This document shows, piece after piece, positions 1 to 10,391 of a stretch of DNA of 22,978 nt; the stretch's first letter is position 1; each line of letters starts with the position of its first letter. The notes under the pieces are model-generated. The model saw only the letters and a program-made list of their open reading frames with translations, had not been told where the DNA came from and searched no databases. The position numbers and the translations under genes were made by a program. The DNA is from Octopus sinensis (taxonomy: Eukaryota): positions 1-22,978 of the forward strand of contig NW_021836718.1 of the NCBI RefSeq assembly GCF_006345805.1, read 5' to 3'.

Positions 1-588
1 AAAGGTGATCAAGATGAAAACAGCAGGAAAATTATCTTATTTAGTGTTAAAAGTTCTATCGCCACCACCATCACCACTAGCAACAATAATTAAGGTGCTG
101 ACAATGATGATGATGACAATTGAAATATAAAAATCCCTGACAAAGGCTATTTACAACATTTCTAAAAATAGCCCAACAATTGCTGCCTCGGCCAGGGTTA
201 AGATACAGGACTCTTGACATGTTCAACAAAGCGTGACGCCTAAACCAATCAGCTCAACCAACCAATCAGCTTAAGTAATTGAGTGATACTACTCACTGAT
301 TGGTCAGAATACAGCTGGCAAAACCTAGCAATCTGGAGCCTACACAGCTGTATTTAAGGCACAGATTTAATCATCTCGCTACAGTCAAAAATTGTGAAGC
401 ATGACTGTCACCACTACTACATGAACCTGAAGATTTCAGAATTTAATGCATGAAAGTACTAGTTCAATCAGAATGAATATTTAACATTCTATTATTTTAT
501 TTTATTTTATTATATTATATTATATTATATCATTATAAGATTGTAGATAAAACGTGAAAATCAGACAAGGTTGGAATTCCTTTTATTA

Positions 589-620
<32 letters not shown>

Positions 621-631
621 CTATATATATT

Positions 632-797
632 TAAAAAGCAGCAGAAAATTCAACAAAACCGATGAACTGCAACGGGAAACTCAGAGTAACAGGTTGTGTT
701 GAATTTTCTGCTGCTTTAAATAAAGCATATTACTCTACCACTGGTATTTGAGTAGTCTTTTTTTCCACCTTGTTTCACATTTATGTGTTTACTCCGG
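632..797 (+). mobile_element. (TA)n-embedded hammerhead-bearing element, family 1, with inverted 5' arm (Penelope pLTR/retrozyme-like)
   Basis: The core CCGATGA-act-gcaa-cgg-GAAA-ctcagag-TA-acag is at 659-692. Segment 635-660 is the reverse complement of 692-717 (one mismatch). The 3' end is GTGTTTACTCCGG|(TA)n. It is homologous to 1039-1095 on the opposite strand. Confidence 0.65.
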
Positions 798-813
798 TAT
801 ATATATATAGATA

Positions 814-877
<64 letters not shown>

Positions 878-1028
878 GTGTGTGTGTGTGTGTGTGTGTG
901 TGTTTATGAACATATACATATATAGATACATACGTACATACATACATACATACACACATACATACACACTTACATACACATATATATATGTATGAATGTA
1001 TGTGTGTGTGTATATATATATATATATA

Positions 1029-1111
1029 CTTTATTTTAAGCAGCAGAAAATTCAACAAAATCTGTTACTCTGAGTTTCTCGTTGCCGTTCATCAGACAGT
1101 GTTTAACCGGT
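1029..1111 (-). mobile_element. Family 1 hammerhead-bearing element, 3'-truncated copy
   Basis: The reverse complement aligns with 661-725. It contains the canonical hammerhead and has (TA)n on both sides. Confidence 0.65.
1062..1099 (-). ncRNA. Minimal type I hammerhead ribozyme motif
   Basis: The minus strand reads CUGU CUGAUGA ACG GCAA CGA GAAA CUC A GAG UA^ACAG. It has stem I CUGU/ACAG, a canonical core, stem II with a GCAA tetraloop (A.A at the closing pair), a palindromic stem III ACUCAGAGU and a GUA cleavage triplet (after 1066). Confidence 0.8.
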
Positions 1112-1117
1112 ATATAT

Positions 1118-1188
<71 letters not shown>

Positions 1189-1194
1189 TATATA

Positions 1195-1372
1195 GGTCCC
1201 GGGTTGAGTTGGGGTTAACGACAGTAAATAAGGTGCTCAATACATAGCAGAGTAAAGTAATTTATTTTATAGAAGGAGCTTCTACAGGACTAGAACTGTT
1301 TCCTTCAGATGAAATCTTCAGGAAGATTTCATCTGAATGAAACAGTTCTAGTCATGTAGACTCCTTCTATAA

Positions 1373-1376
<4 letters not shown>
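1195..1376 (-). mobile_element. (TA)n-embedded element, family 2, with ~55-bp fold-back hairpin and hammerhead-like core
   Basis: Arms 1263-1319 and 1322-1376 are near-perfect inverted repeats. Minus strand 1321-1288 reads CUGAAGA-UUUCAUCUGAAG-GAAA-CAGUUCUAG-UC. It is homologous to 22820-22978. Confidence 0.65.
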
Positions 1377-1431
<55 letters not shown>

Positions 1432-2263
1432 TACTATTTTACACTTCACTAATGCAATGTAAACAGTATCATTTATAATATTAATAGTACTTGTAATATT
1501 ATGTATGTGTGTGTGTATACATATATATATACACACACAAATATATATGTGTGTATATATGTATGTGTATACACATACATACACACATACATTCACACAC
1601 ATATATAAATGTATAGATATATATGTGTGTTTTGGGGTATGTGTGTGTGTGTGTGTATGAAACCATACAGAAAGAGTCAGACGGAGAGAGAGAGAGAGAC
1701 GGACGGGTGGGAAGAAAGAAGTGCAGACACAGAGAGAGAGGCGTTAGGAGAGTAAACACGTAATAAAAAGAGAAGAGACGATCTAATGAAATTCTGAAGT
1801 GGTGGCCAGTGCCGCACTACGATCTTTTCAAAGAATCAATACTTGAATCAGTTGAGGTTTTCATGACTTGCCCACCACGAACCCTCACCAATGGTCATTG
1901 GGTGCACCACAACTCAGCAAGTGAAGGAGGACTAAATGCTTAAATACTTGGGGTTGGTGGGGGGGGGCAACCATATCCATGAGTTCTCTCGCTTTGCATG
2001 GGTAGGCCACACTAAATGTGAGGAGGGGGGTTAAACGATTTATTTATATTCTATGTGTTCTCTTTATATTTATTTATATATTATATGCTTCTATTTTTAT
2101 ACAAGTTTTTGCCTAACACCCCTAACCCACTTTCCACTTTTATATAACTTTGTCGTGTTCATATTTGACACAATTTTCTAATAATCCTACATTTTGACTT
2201 TTAACACGAACGAAAAATTTTTGTATGAACGAAAATAAAGAAATTATTATTATTATTATTATT

Positions 2264-2416
2264 TGTCTTCCATTTTTCAATATTGTTTCCATTTCTTGCC
2301 GAGCGGCTTCCCGACACCTAGGGCAAAGACACTCAGGCCATTAAAATAAACATACCAGATTGTTCATTTACAAAATTAAATAAAGTTATGTAAAAAAAAT
2401 ATTTACATGGAAAGTG

Positions 2417-2418
<2 letters not shown>
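2264..2418 (-). mobile_element. Very short 5'-truncated R4/Dong-type copy (last codons + 3'UTR)
   Basis: TTCCATTTCTTGCCGAG...TTCCCGAC.CCTAGGGCAAAGA is shared with the 3'UTR at 2579-2625. The minus strand reads T-L-S-M-stop at 2417-2403, like the ALSM* end of the long copy. ATT tracts lie on both sides. Confidence 0.75.
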
Positions 2419-2460
<42 letters not shown>

Positions 2461-2473
2461 GTCATCATCATTA

Positions 2474-2512
<39 letters not shown>

Positions 2513-2519
2513 GTCATCA

Positions 2520-2552
<33 letters not shown>
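2419..2552. repeat. (ATT)n microsatellite separating two R4/Dong-type copies
   Basis: Direct reading. Confidence 0.97.
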
Positions 2553-2553
<1 letters not shown>

Positions 2554-4255
2554 TTTTTTTTTTCTTCTTTCAAATTTGCTTCCATTTCTTGCCGAGTGTC
2601 TTCCCGACTCCTAGGGCAAAGAAACTCATAGTATACAATGGTAGGCCATTAAACCAAACTCAGTAGTTCGTTCATTTTTTTTTTTTTTTTTAAGTTAAAT
2701 TAAAATACATGAGCAGCAACAGTTCTCACATCGACAATGCTCTTCTCAATACGTGTGATGTACCAGTTAAGACAATCTTTTGCACTTCTTGCTGGGATGG
2801 TAAGCCAGGGATCATTCTCATATAATTTTCGGTTCCCTTCTTGATCATTCCTAGTGCTCCTACGATCACTGGTATTGTAACCGCCTTGAGATGCCACATT
2901 TTCTCAATTTCAATGAGTAGGTCTTTATATTTTCTGAGCTTGTCAAACTCTTTCGCTGAGATATTATGATCCCAGGGGATGCTCATGTCGATCAATAAGC
3001 AAACTTTATTGTTTTGGTCTTTCACAACAATATCTGGTTTATTGGCCTTGATGGTTCGGTCTGTATGTACTGGAAAGTCCCACAGAATGGTTACATTTTC
3101 TCCTTCAGTTACAGCCTCAGGGTGGTGATTATACCACTTGTCGGCAGTTTTGATATTGTAATGCCGACGTATTAGCCAGTGGAGATATTGGCCAACTCTG
3201 TCATGTCTTAATTTATACTCCACTGGTGCTAAGACTTTACATCCAGAGATTAGGTGGTCCACTGTTTCAATCATGTCGTTGCAGAATCGGCATTTTGGGT
3301 CTGCTCCATTTTTCATCACATTGGCCTGGTAGTTCCGGGTTAATAGGCTTTGATCTTGAGCAGCCAGGATGAAACCTTCGCTCTCTGCTTTTAGCCCTGA
3401 GCTCCGTAGCCACTGATGGGTTTGCTTCTGGTCAACATCAGCTTGTTTGCTGCGGGTCACATATTTGCCGTGCAGAGGTTTCTCCTCCCACCTATCAGCC
3501 AATTGCTCGTGCGCTTTTTTTCATTGCCATCATTTTCACCTTCTTTGCAACAATAGTTGCCGTACTTCCCTCGGGTTGTTCAGTTTCGGTATCCTGCACG
3601 AGATCAATAGCAAATTTTTTTGCTTTCCTTTATGATAGAATGAAGCTTCTTTCATCTCTCGTGATTTTCCACGAGCTTTAGCATCCACTCATTCGATATT
3701 TCGAGATATTTGGCCAGTCCAATTGTGGTTGTTTTGTAAGCTAGTTCAGATTGGATCAGGCCTCGACCTCCTTGGGCTCTGGGAAGGTAAAGGTGATCTA
3801 CGTCTGCCTTTGGGTGGTGCATCCTATTACAACTCAGCAGCTTGCGTATTTTTCTATCTATATTCTTTACTTCACTCATATTCCAGTTCAACACATTGTA
3901 GCTATAAGTAACAACTGGAACTGCTAAGGAATTTATAGCTAACCCTTGTTACGTGCATTTAGTTCAGATTTCAGGACTGCACGAACTCTCCTATAACATT
4001 CCTTCCTGATTTCTCTTTCATGCTTGCATGCTGAATACCAGAGCCTTCATTTATCCCTAAATATTTGTATGTTTCTTCTGTAAGCTCTCTTATGACTGTG
4101 TCAACATCTAACACGACTGAATTTGTGGTCTTCACTTTCCCTTTCTGGAAAGTGGCCTTGGCACACTTCTCAAGTCCAAACTCCATCCCGATGTCATCGC
4201 TGAATGCTTTCACGGTGCGCAATAGGCCTTCAAGTTCATTATTGTCTTTACCATC
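2553..4255 (-). mobile_element. 5'-truncated R4/Dong-type non-LTR retrotransposon (RT C-terminus + CCHC + restriction-like endonuclease + 3'UTR)
   Basis: ORF pieces read TVKAFSDDIGMEFGLEKCAK..YKYLGI and HPKADVDHLYLPRAQGGRGL. The 258-aa ORF 2726-3502 has CRFC..ETVDHLISGC, RHD, KPDIVV..D..IP..K..KY and IVGALG. It is frameshifted, and both ends abut (TAA)n tracts. Confidence 0.9.
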
Positions 4256-4270
4256 ATTATTATTATTATA

Positions 4271-5016
4271 TGTTTGACTTTTGCTTTACATTTGTACAAG
4301 TTGGCTCCAAGCCTCAGCCAGAGAGCTCAAGAGACAACAAGTTGGAAGTTCATGTTGGTGTTCTGCCTAGGGTGCCATATATTTGGTTTTGTACTTAGTG
4401 TTGTACAAGTGAATGTTTAAGAAACCATACGAAAATTATGTTTGTTTTAAAACTTGAGATTACAAAGAAAGTATTTTGCGTAGGATATGAGCAGTTCCCA
4501 TGAGCACTGTCTTTTGATTTTCTGCCATTTTGGGGTTTCCTGGTATCTGAGCTAGATAGCAATCAGCCCCTTTTGCTATCATTCCAAGGGCACCTATGAC
4601 AACAGGTATTGTTTTAGTCTTCGGGGCCACATTTTGCTAATTTCTATTTCAAGATCTTTATATTTGCTCAGTGTTTGGTAGGTCTTGACAGATACGTTTA
4701 TATCGATTGGGACAATCATATCAATGAGGAGGCATTATTTTTGTCTGAAGTCTTTCAATATGATGTCTGGCCTATTTGCATCTATTTTTCTGTCAGTTTG
4801 AATGGTGAAGTTCCAGAGGAGTGAGATGTGGTCATTTTCAAGCACTGGAGGTGGTTTGTATTCCCACCAGTTTTATCATGGGGCAAGTCCAGGCTGTTGC
4901 AGATTACCCAGTGAATATATTGTGCAGCTCTATCACGCCTGTTGAGATACTCTGTAGGCGCAAGATGACTGCACTTGGAGACATGATCAATGGCTTCATT
5001 TTGTTTTGTTGTTGAC

Positions 5017-5017
<1 letters not shown>
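4271..5017 (-). mobile_element. Second 5'-truncated R4/Dong-type element (different subfamily), RLE domain + 3'UTR
   Basis: Frameshifted DHV..C..LAPTEYLNR.DR..QYIHW, ANRPDII, SKYKDLEIEI.KMW, PVVIGALG and ILRKILSL* (stop at 4460-4462). It is flanked by ATT tracts at 4256-4270 and 5018-5245. Confidence 0.87.
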
Positions 5018-5103
<86 letters not shown>

Positions 5104-5245
5104 CATTATCATTGTTATTATTATTATTATTATTATGATTATCATTATTATCATATTATTATTATTTTATTATTATTATTATATATTATTATTATTTTTT
5201 ATAATTATTATTATCAATTATTATTATTATTATCATCATCATCAT
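5018..5245. repeat. (ATT)n/(ATC)n microsatellite at the 5' junction of the R4/Dong stack
   Basis: Direct reading. Confidence 0.97.
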
Positions 5246-5247
5246 TA

Positions 5248-5462
5248 AGACGGCGAGCTGGCAGAATCGTTAGCACGCCGGGCGAAATGCTTAGTGGTAT
5301 TTCGTCTGCTGCCACCTTCTGAGTTCAAATTCTGCCGATATCGACTTTGCCTTTCATCCTTTCGATGTCAATAAATTAAGTACCAGTTGCACACTGGGGT
5401 CGATGTAATCGACTAACCTTTTCGCCTCATAGTTACTTGCCTTGTGCCAAAATCAGAAACCG
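5248..5462 (+). mobile_element. tRNA-derived SINE with Deu/Nin-like central domain
   Basis: The head GGCGAGCTGGCAGAATCGTTAGC has a B-box-like GAGTTCAAATTC. It is followed by GCCTTTCATCCTTTCG..GTC.ATAAATTAAGTACCAGT and a simple-repeat tail. A related copy is at 11062-11200. Confidence 0.8.
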
Positions 5463-5494
5463 CTGTTGTTATTCTTATTATTGTTGTTGCCGTT

Positions 5495-5534
<40 letters not shown>

Positions 5535-6324
5535 ATTTGTATGTATTTGGCTTTGTACAGCACCCGATACCTGATGGATATATCATTGTACGTGAGCCTT
5601 AGATAGATATCACTTCTCTGAGTTCGTGTCCCACGCACAACAAATCAATCTGTTGAAGGAAATCAATTCGTTCTTCGAGATCAATATCTTCAAGGTATTC
5701 TCCACTTCCAATGCTATCGAGGCCGAGATTCCTATGTCAACTGAAGACATTCAGTTCCTTTATAGAAATAAACAAAGGGACAATTCCTTCAATTCTTCTA
5801 ACTAACCTATATACTATTCTGTACACTGCCAGGTCGAGTATGGCGGCCATGCGCCGTTGCAGCACGTTGCTGCAGCCGCCGTTTGTCGGTATTTACTCAG
5901 ATTGTTCCAGGAAGCCTCTGACCAGTGTAGCAGTCGGTTCCCATATCCACAACATACTTTCTCATCCGCTGTGACCATGTGGCATATAACTAACCAATAC
6001 CAGTTGAATCCTCAGAAAAGGGTTGGTATTATAGGAGTTGTTTCTAGATTTCTATGACCATACGAAGCTAGATAAGGATGTGTTATTTTGATTACAAAAT
6101 GTACGGATGTGTTGACTGTATCTGTTTTTGTTTTTTAATAGATTGTCCTACATATTCTACAGAGGTAGATGTCATATTACTGGTTGCATTAATGCCATAT
6201 ATTATGTTACTAGCTTCACAGTTTCCTCTTCATGGACAGGTTGAAGTACTATAACAGCGATAAACTGGCAGACTTGTCATATGTCGGATTAAATATCTTT
6301 CAGTATTTATTCTGACACACTGTG

Positions 6325-6400
6325 CTCTGAGATCAAACCCTACTGAGGCCAGCTTTAGATTTCATCCTTTCGGAATCGATAAAATTGTATCGATCAACGT
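6325..6400 (+). mobile_element. Degraded fragment of the same SINE
   Basis: TCTGAGATCAAA...TTTCATCCTTTCGGAATCGATAAAATT resembles 5319-5378. Confidence 0.5.
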
Positions 6401-6538
6401 TATATGATTGATGGAATAGTAATAATAGTCGAATCAGATACCTTGCAGTATTTATTTCCAATAACTGCGTTCTGAATCAATTTCTACTTGAATACCATAC
6501 ACGCATCTTCGCTAATACGCAGGCCTTGCTTTGTGCGA

Positions 6539-6630
6539 TTAAGGCAAATCCTCGAAACAAAGCTCAAGATCACATAAACAGTGCTGGTCGAAGCTGAAGT
6601 CGGGTTCCTCCTGCAGGAGAAACATGTACC
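6539..6630 (-). CDS. RFX: Probable terminal coding exon of the RFX gene
   Basis: Strong acceptor ttcgttccttcaatcatttaccag|. In phase 1 it reads (G)YMFLLQEEPDFSFDQHCLCDLELCFEDLP*. I recognise no homology, so support comes from the splice signal and phase only. Confidence 0.5.
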
Positions 6631-6981
6631 CTGGTAAATGATTGAAGGAACGAACGAACGAATAAACAAAGTATAATTGCAACTGGAAGAATACGGTGTT
6701 TGGGTTTGAATGTTAGAATTAGGAAAATTACAGTAGTTAGTTTTAGTTATATTTTCTTCAAAGTTGAATGTATTTATGATCGGTGAGGAAGTGCTTCGTA
6801 TATTAGAAGGTGAATTAAACTAAATAATCTTTCTTTTAGTTTTGTTAATGTAAATTGCTGTCGTGTGCGATTCACATGCTTCCCAATGTCTTTGTATGCT
6901 CTATTCTATTGTAGAGACTGGATATTTCGTTGAATAAGGATTTGTGCAACTTTACTATTTTTCAGGTTTAAAATAACTGAA

Positions 6982-7333
6982 ACTCTAATTTCACTCATTG
7001 GACCACAGCCATGCTGGATTCCCTTTTGGCTTTAGTCAAACAAATCAGTCCCAGGCTATTAAGTCTACTATATATTCTATCGGCCTCTTTAGCCGAACCG
7101 CTAAATTATGGGGATATAAACAAACCAAGACAGGTCATTAAACAAACACAAAGACACATATACATACGGTGTGTTTCCACACAGTTTCCGTCTGCCAATT
7201 TTATCTACAAGGTATTCGTCTGCCCTGAGTCATGTAAAAAGACACTTACCCAAAATGCCGCGCAGTGGGACTGAACTTGAAACCATATGCCTGCGAAGCT
7301 AACTTCCTAACCACACAGCTACACCCATGCCTA
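6982..7333 (-). mobile_element. Older copy of the composite tRNA-derived SINE
   Basis: It shares TTCTATCGG.CTCTTT.GCC.AACCGCTA, TTTCCGTCT.CCAA and CAGTGGGACTGAAC with 8929-9272. Confidence 0.7.
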
Positions 7334-7814
7334 TTAAGAGTTTGAGAGAATTAATGGACTGTCTTAAAGACGGTTTTCTCTTTATTATCCATTGAGAATG
7401 ACCGGAGACTGAATAGGTTTTGTCGCTTATCATATTATGAGGCATTTTAATACGTTGGTTTCTAAAACTAAATTCAAATTTTGGAAATCCACAGTTTTAA
7501 CCCGCGAATCTAATGTAATACAAAAAATGTTACAGAAAAATTAACAACCCCGACGAAACCGGTGAGGTTTTAATGTAAATTAATACAGAATCCGGTGTAG
7601 TGTTGTAGATGACGACGCAATGTCCCAGCTGTCGGGAGGGGCAGAGTGTTTCCTTAATAATGCTATTTGTCATGAGTGTGGGTATGTGTAAGTATGTATG
7701 TGTATGTTTATGTGTGTATGTGTGTCCGCGAATGTTTGAGTGTAACGCCGAAGATGAAACTCGAAGTCCCAATCAACTCTAATGTGATTAATAAGCATTT
7801 TACCCGGCGCCACC

Positions 7815-7815
<1 letters not shown>

Positions 7816-7878
<63 letters not shown>

Positions 7879-7880
7879 TA
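7816..7880. repeat. (AAT)n microsatellite
   Basis: Direct reading. Confidence 0.97.
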
Positions 7881-8578
7881 ATATGCGCGTGGTGCCCCCT
7901 TATCAGTTATGATGGATATACTGGGCTTCGTATATTTTACCTCAGTGTTACTTTGCACTGCTCTCTCACTCAATAAATGCAATAATAATAATAATGATAA
8001 TAATAGATTTGTATATGTATTTATGTATGTATGTATATATATATATGTATATATATATGTGTGTGTTGTGTGTGTGTATATATATATATATACATACACA
8101 CATGCACAGTTATACATGTACATACATTGTACATGGAAATACGTGTGGATGCATATGTATGTATATGGTTAGATATATGTAGGCAAGTATATATGCGTAT
8201 GCGCATCCAGACGTGTGTTTTTATAATAAGGTGTAGACTGTTGTGTGAATGTCTCGCAATAAATGTTCTCGTGGGTGTAATATGATACGGTGTGTAGAGA
8301 ACTGCGTACATGACCACGGAATTGACGAGTGTAACATAGATATATCACCAGTGTCCTGTGGCAACTGACCACTGCCGTGAGTCTTGTGTGGCTACCCGTG
8401 GGTGTAGAAAGTTCTGGTAGTCCTCCGTGTATGGATGTAGTTGTCGAGCTGTTGCACCTGTAAAACAACAAAAACCACAGCACCAATAACTGATTTTATA
8501 ATTGATATTAAAGGGACAAGTTCCAACAATTACTATTGATACACTTACCTCTCATATACAGTTATCACCATAATTTCA

Positions 8579-8712
<134 letters not shown>

Positions 8713-8723
8713 TGTATATGCAC

Positions 8724-8857
8724 AACTGTTCTACGAACGAAAGCGTGATACTCTGAACAACAGTTCTGTGATAATTTTGAAGGTTTAATAAAAAGTATAT
8801 TACTCTACCTTTGGTATTCGAATACTATTTTTTCCACCTTGTTTTGTATGTGCTTAG
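8724..8857 (+). mobile_element. Old diverged relative of family 1 with decayed hammerhead
   Basis: AACTGT-TCTACGA-ACG aaag CGT-GATA-CTCTGAA-CA-ACAGTT keeps the stem I/II geometry. The downstream ATATTACTCTACC..TGGTATT...TTTTTTCCACCTTGTTT matches 727-776. It follows a long (TA)n tract. Confidence 0.55.
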
Positions 8858-8928
8858 CTGTGTGTGTGTGTGCGTGTGTGTGTGTGTGCGTGTGTGTGCG
8901 TGTGTGTGTGTGTGCGTGTGTGTGTGTA

Positions 8929-9272
8929 TTCTCTTACTCTTTTGCACTTTTCAGTCATTTGACTGTGGCGATGCTGGAGCACCGCATTTAGTCGAAGAAA
9001 TCAGCCCCAGGACATTCCTTGTAAGCCTAATACTTATTCTATCGGTCTCTTTTGCCAAACCGCTATATTTCAGGGACTAGCTCAGACACAAAGGCACACA
9101 CATAAATATATATCTATATATACACAAAGGGCTTCTTTCAATTTCCGTCTACCAAATCCACTCACAAGGCTTTGATCGACCCGAGGCTATAGTAGGAGAT
9201 ACTTGCCCAAGGTGCCACACAATGGGACTGAACCCGGAATCATGTGGATGGAAAGAAATCTTCTTACCACAC
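8929..9272 (-). mobile_element. Composite tRNA-derived SINE
   Basis: The minus-strand head has a B-box-like GGTTCAGTCC, then GCACCTTGGGCAAGT, an internal microsatellite and the tail GAGACCGATAGAATAAGTA...GGTGCTCCAGCAT. It aligns with 6982-7333. Confidence 0.8.
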
Positions 9273-9338
9273 ACATATATATATACATACATGTATGTAC
9301 ACACAAACACACATTCACACACACGCGCACAACACACA

Positions 9339-9380
<42 letters not shown>

Positions 9381-9393
9381 TAGGTATACTTAC

Positions 9394-9954
9394 CGTTTCT
9401 TGTGTTTATCGTGTCTTGATGTAGATTAATATGCGGTTCCATGACCATTTCAGAGGATCCGGCTCCGGAATATATCTCATAATCTTTTAGTCCAGAAAAG
9501 GGATGCATAATGTTGTTGTCTTGGACGTTCTCTGTACCAATTGCGTTTTGCCATGGTTCCATTAGTCCTCTGGCTTCAACCGTCATGCCACCACAAACAC
9601 CACCACCACCACCATCGTCACCGCCACTATAAGTGCTATGTGAGTTTATTTCCGGGTTACACATGCTATTATATAACAGATCAGTATCGACTGAGAAGTC
9701 ACGGCGAGAGTGGCGAGCCATGGACGAAAATATTGAAACTTGGTCCTTTGACTCACTTCCGGCTAGTACTGATTGGTTGATGCCTTCAGGTTCCGGCCAC
9801 ATCGAGAATGACAAATGGTTTTGACCGTAGGTAGGTTTCATGGGATTGCTAAACTTTTCCCGAGATGCTCTTACAGAAACAGAATCTTTGCTCTTCTTAA
9901 AGAATTCTTCTCTAAAGAAATAGTTTCCATCGCTTCTTTCAATTGGTGCCGTGT
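9394..9954 (-). CDS. RFX: RFX-family large C-terminal low-complexity exon
   Basis: Acceptor tttttccttttag| and donor |gtaagt. It is a 561-bp phase 1-1 exon inside the 201-aa ORF 9380-9985 (DTAPIERSDG...DTINTRN) and is in frame with the preceding exon. Confidence 0.85.
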
Positions 9955-10098
9955 CTAAAAGGAAAAACCAGAGAAAGAGGTTCAATGACTGAAAAAGATA
10001 AAGATATGGGATCGGGGGCGTTTCGTTATTAAGTTTATTCGAGACAATTTTGAAATTTTAGGAATTTAGAAAGTTCAAAAGAAATAATTCTAACTTAC

Positions 10099-10221
10099 CG
10101 TTCAATTGAATGAGTTTTTGAATATTGGTTTGCAGAAGCAATTCTCTCTTAGAGTTCCTCTGTGTTTCCATGACCAGGAACACGTATTCATCAAACATCA
10201 GACGAAGCAAATGGAACGACC
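10099..10221 (-). CDS. RFX: RFX-family exon, end of dimerization domain
   Basis: Acceptor gtttccag| and donor |gtaagt. The 123 bp translate (G)SFHLLRLMFDEYVFLVMETQRNSKRELLLQTNIQKLIQLN. GSFHL...DEY is the RFX hallmark, and METQ is RFX6-like. Confidence 0.92.
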
Positions 10222-10273
10222 CTGGAAACAGACGATCCTATTTACTTTCGTTCTCTGCAGTTTTTACAAGTTT

Positions 10274-10334
<61 letters not shown>

Positions 10335-10391
10335 ATGTGCGTGCGTGTGTGTTTGTGTGTGTGGTTATATTTATGCATATATATAGTAAAG

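Larger units (their letters stand above)
581..1431. repeat. Compound (TA)n/(TG)n/(CA)n microsatellite interrupted by three hammerhead-type inserts
   Basis: TA tracts at ~581-631, 798-872, 1011-1028, 1111-1194 and 1377-1431. Confidence 0.95.

Noticed and set aside
716-1759. ORFs rich in YI/CV/HT runs
   Set aside because: They are translations of (TA)n, (TG)n and (CA)n microsatellites. The same applies to the ORFs at 2407-2631, 5006-5248, 7676-8317, 8536-9429, 10533-10900, 17387-17944 and 18179-18478.
1786-1952. ~55-codon stop-free frame (ILKWWPVPHYDLF...GGLNA*) on the plus strand
   Set aside because: It has no convincing start or splice signals and no recognisable homology.
5248-5330. tRNA gene call for SINE heads (also 9210-9272, 10600-10682)
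   Set aside because: They have A/B boxes but no complete cloverleaf, and they continue into SINE bodies.
7881-7980. Short unique insert between two (AAT)n tracts, possibly a LINE 3' end
   Set aside because: It has no coding remnant or second copy in the window to support a call.
9541-9824. Plus-strand ORFs with a His-rich run
   Set aside because: They are antisense shadows of the RFX exon's (GGT)n Gly codons.
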